From assembly GCA_963765345.1 (NCBI GenBank), contig CAVXWI010000001.1, positions 114,572 to 178,571 of the forward strand: a stretch of DNA of 64,000 nucleotides. The letters are read 5' to 3'. The DNA comes from an uncultured Actinomycetota bacterium. Lineage in GTDB: Bacteria > Actinomycetota > Thermoleophilia > Gaiellales > Gaiellaceae. The notes under the pieces were generated by a model. The model did no database searches. It saw nothing but the letters and a program-made list of their open reading frames with translations, and had not been told where the DNA came from. The translations under genes were made by a program, and so were the position numbers. Below, one piece after another: positions 61,056 through 64,000 of this stretch (the first letter of the stretch is position 1; each line of letters begins with the position of its first letter).

Positions 61056-62560
61056 TCAGTTGTAGTGCCGGAGCTTCGGCCAGAGCGTCGCCCACGGTGC
61101 GCTGACGCGACAGAGCAACACCGGCAGGCCCTGCTCGTCGTTATTGAGGCCGACGCCGTCGTCGACTGTCGCGAGCGTCCGACACCGGTCGAAGTACGGC
61201 GCGGCATCGGCGTTGTCGTCGAAGCCGACCACGAGTGCGTAGTCGTCACTCTCGGGCGGCATGCCCCATTCGCTGAAGCCGTTGTGCCCGCTGAAGGCGC
61301 GGGGAAGCCCACGTCTGCGACCGAGGAGGTCGATCGCCCCGGCTTCGCCGTAGTTCGCGGTGAAGATCGCCGTGTGGCGCCGCTCGCCGGCCGGAACACG
61401 TCGCCACGCCCTCGACACCGTCTCGGCGAAGCGCGGCCACCCGACCGTCTCGCCCTGGTCCGGGTTGACGGCCATGACGACGCTTCCCTGCAGGTCGGTC
61501 TCGGGCAGGAGCGGCAGGGCGAGCACGCCGCTGACGGCCGCGCTCAGGACGACCACGGCAACGAAGAGGACGGTCCGCCGCCGAGCACGCGCGAGCCAGT
61601 CGGCGGTCGGGAGAGCGCCGACGCCGAGCAGCAGCGGGTACAGGCTCGCCAGGTAGTACGCCTTGCCGTTCCCGACGAGGTAAGCGACCGCGAGGAGCCC
61701 ATAGGTCAGCGGCAGGAATCGCAGCTGCCGCAGCGCGGGTCGGCGGAAGGGCGCGAGGAGCCCCGCGGCCCAGACCGGCACGAGCAGCGGGCTCACCATC
61801 ACGAACTGGAAGGGGATGAAGCCTGCACGTCCGCCCTCGGCAGAGCCGGCAATGTTGCGGGCGACGGTCAGCTGCGGCCAGCCGTGCTGCTGCTGCCAGA
61901 CGACGTAGGGTGCGGCCAGGGCGGCGGCGACGACGACGCCGGCGGCCGTCCACCAGCTCCGCAGCGGCCAGCGGGGCCCGACGAGGGCGAGGGCGAGGAG
62001 GATGACCGCGGCGACCAGCCCCACCTGGGGTTTTGCCTCGACGCCGACGCCGGTGACCACCCCGGCGAGGAGGATCAGCGCGGGGCTGCGGCGGACGACC
62101 GCGCGGATCATCAGCCAGCCGAGGAGGGAGGTGCTGAGCAGGTCGAACGTCGTCGTCGTGACGAAGTGCCCGACTGCGAGCGCGAAGCCCGAGGTGGCGG
62201 TGCAGGCCGCGGCGATCACCTGTGCCCGCCGGGAGCCGCCGACCTCGCGGGCGACGAGGGCCGCGACCACCGTTGTCGCCGCGGCGACGAGCGCGGAGGG
62301 AAGCCGCAGCACGAACAGCGATCCCGGCGCCAGCTCGTTCATCGCCCAGGAGAGGAGCGGCACGAGCGGCGGCTGGTCCGGATACCCGAGCGCTGGATGC
62401 GAGCCGGCGACGATGAAGTACAGCTCGTCGCGGTGATAGCCGTAGCGCGTGCTCGTCGCGAGGAGCACCGCGAGCTGGATCGCAGCGACCGCGCCGACCC
62501 AGCCCGAAAAGGGCGCGCGACTCGGTGCCTCGCCCTGCGGGTCTCCGCTCACCGCGGCCA
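61056..62560 (-). CDS. Glycosyltransferase family 39 (ArnT/PMT-like) integral membrane protein
   Basis: N-terminal DE-containing loop ...YGYHRDELYFIVAG... then ~11 TM helices, a GT-C architecture; start uncertain (ORF extends to 62702). Confidence 0.75.
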
Positions 62561-62722
62561 AGCTTGACACCCTCCGGCGGGCGGCGATCGAGGAGCGTGC
62601 AAGAGCGGAGCGCGGGAGTACGCCACCTGGCGGGCGCCAGGCCGTCGCAACGGGTCGCGTACGCGAACGCTTAACCGACGGGCAATGGTTGCGACGAGGC
62701 ATCTGGTGCGAGCCTCACCCAT

Positions 62723-63418
62723 GTGCGAGGGTCTGGTATGCGCGTCTCCGCGGTAGCTCGGACGACGACACGCCGTGGGGCGAGGCTGGCCCGGAATGCG
62801 TGGCTCGACCTGCGATACGGAAGCTTCCTCGGCGGGACGGTCACGACCCGGTTTGCGCACCTCGGCGCATTCGATACGGCGAACTCCGACTACGACGACC
62901 TAGCCGGACTCTTCGCCGCGGCATGCCTGAGCCCCGACGACGTCATCGTCGACGTCGGGTGCGGCAGGGGCCGGGTGATCAACTGGCTGCTCGCCCATCA
63001 CCCCGAGAACGCCGTCTACGGGATCGAGCTCGACCCCGAGATCGCGGCCGCGACCGCCAGGCGCCTCCGCCGCTACCCGTCCGTCCGGATCAGCTGCGGT
63101 GACGCGACGGAGCTGCTGCCGGTCGAGGCGACCGTCTTCTACCTCTTCAACCCGTTCGAGGAGCACGTCATGCGTCGGTTCGCGGCATCGGTGCTCCAGC
63201 TCGACGACGACGGGCTGACGCGGGAGCGGAGGATCGTCTACTACCGCAGCAAGTTCCTCGCGCCGTTCCGCGACTCGGACCGCTTCCGCGTTGAGCGGAT
63301 CGAACTCCCCTCACGCTCGCACGATGCCGCGCTGATCACGGTCGGCGCGGCCGGAGCGGCGGCAGACCGAGGCGTCGGCGGACCGTCGGCCCGCTCCGTC
63401 GCCCCTCGCGTCTCTTAG
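62723..63418 (+). CDS. Class I SAM-dependent methyltransferase
   Basis: Motif I VIVDVGCGRGRVINWLL. Confidence 0.75.
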   Translation: MRGSGMRVSAVARTTTRRGARLARNAWLDLRYGSFLGGTVTTRFAHLGAFDTANSDYDDLAGLFAAACLSPDDVIVDVGCGRGRVINWLLAHHPENAVYGIELDPEIAAATARRLRRYPSVRISCGDATELLPVEATVFYLFNPFEEHVMRRFAASVLQLDDDGLTRERRIVYYRSKFLAPFRDSDRFRVERIELPSRSHDAALITVGAAGAAADRGVGGPSARSVAPRVS

Positions 63419-63828
63419 GAAACCCCAAGCGATGCCTCACCAGTTCCTCATGCGCCTCAGCGACGGTATTCACCAGCGATGGATGCTCCGGACGGGCAGC
63501 GACATGCGATCGAGGCACGTGATGCCGCACAGCGGCGAGTTCGCCGGCTGACGCTTGCGGCGGCTGCGGTCGCCGCGGCGGCGCACCGGCCTGCTCGCCT
63601 CGGTCAGCGCCGGCACGGCAACGGTGGCCCGCAAGGTCGTCGGTCAGCTGACCACACAGACGCCGGAGAGTTCACCGGCGGCCCGGACGGTGCCAGCAGT
63701 GGCGGAGCCGGCCGCGACCGTCCCCGTCGAGTCCGCGCCCTCGGCGCCCGCCCCGTCTGCGTCACCCCCGGCAAGTGTCGTGAGCTCCGGCTCTGCGACC
63801 CCGGTTGTCGTCTCGGGCGGCTCGTGAC

Positions 63829-64000
63829 GTGGTCGGCACCGTCTCGATTCGCGCGCTCGGCACGACCGCGACCGCGGTTCTCACCGATCCGGCGGGTCTC
63901 GTGCTTGCCCGTTCGCGCCTCGTCCGCGGGCTTCGCGCCCTCGACCTCGCCTGCAGCCGCTTCCGGACCGACTCCGAGCTCGCCCGCCTGAACCGAAGCG
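63829..64000 (+). CDS. FAD:protein FMN transferase (ApbE family), N-terminal part; runs off the window
   Basis: IRALGTTATAVLTD...LVRGLRALDLACSRFRTDSELARLNRS matches the ApbE N-terminal RxMGT...SRF..dSELsrLN signature. Confidence 0.5.
   Translation, partial: MVGTVSIRALGTTATAVLTDPAGLVLARSRLVRGLRALDLACSRFRTDSELARLNRS

Overview
The window is high-GC (about 70%) DNA with gene content and order typical of Actinomycetota (dgt-dnaG; uvrC...whiA-gap-pgk-tpiA-gpmI; HemQ; WhiA; frequent GTG/TTG starts). It opens inside an rRNA operon: the 3' part of the 23S rRNA followed by a 5S rRNA and a terminator. The 23S carries two apparent group I introns flanking a 33-nt mini-exon: one at an L1917-like site (partial, positions 1-57) and one at an L1951-like site (91-413). 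The rest is mostly core genes: htpX, an SDR oxidoreductase, dgt, dnaG, an aquaporin, an S8 peptidase, BolA-Grx, methyltransferases, an NfeD-flotillin pair, bcp, hemQ, uvrC, pruA, ogt-like, whiA, an M32 carboxypeptidase, gap-pgk-tpiA-gpmI, an ECF sigma factor, argS, a crcB gene with a fluoride riboswitch, a GT39 glycosyltransferase and a partial ApbE. Three tRNAs are present: Asn(GTT), Leu(CAG) and Gly(CCC). Several patches look accessory or decayed. An orphan Flp pilin lies next to tRNA-Asn. A roughly 2.7-kb stretch (16.06-18.8 kb) has no coherent genes. Around tRNA-Gly (55.0-60.0 kb) there is a tyrosine-recombinase C-terminal relic, short direct repeats, a heavily frame-broken surface protein of about 650 aa with an Ig-like domain carrying a YTYxWTKNG motif, and a small ORF whose N-terminus resembles a double-glycine leader peptide and which is followed by a strong hairpin. 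A recurring feature is single-base frame disruptions at G/C runs in otherwise well-conserved genes (dnaG, argS, uvrC, a histidine phosphatase, ydeI, a metallophosphoesterase, a lipoprotein, a glyoxalase). Because essential genes are affected, many of these are probably assembly indels rather than true pseudogenes, and every 'pseudogene' call below should be read with that caveat. Many long ORFs on the opposite strand of real genes are high-GC artefacts and are not reported as genes.
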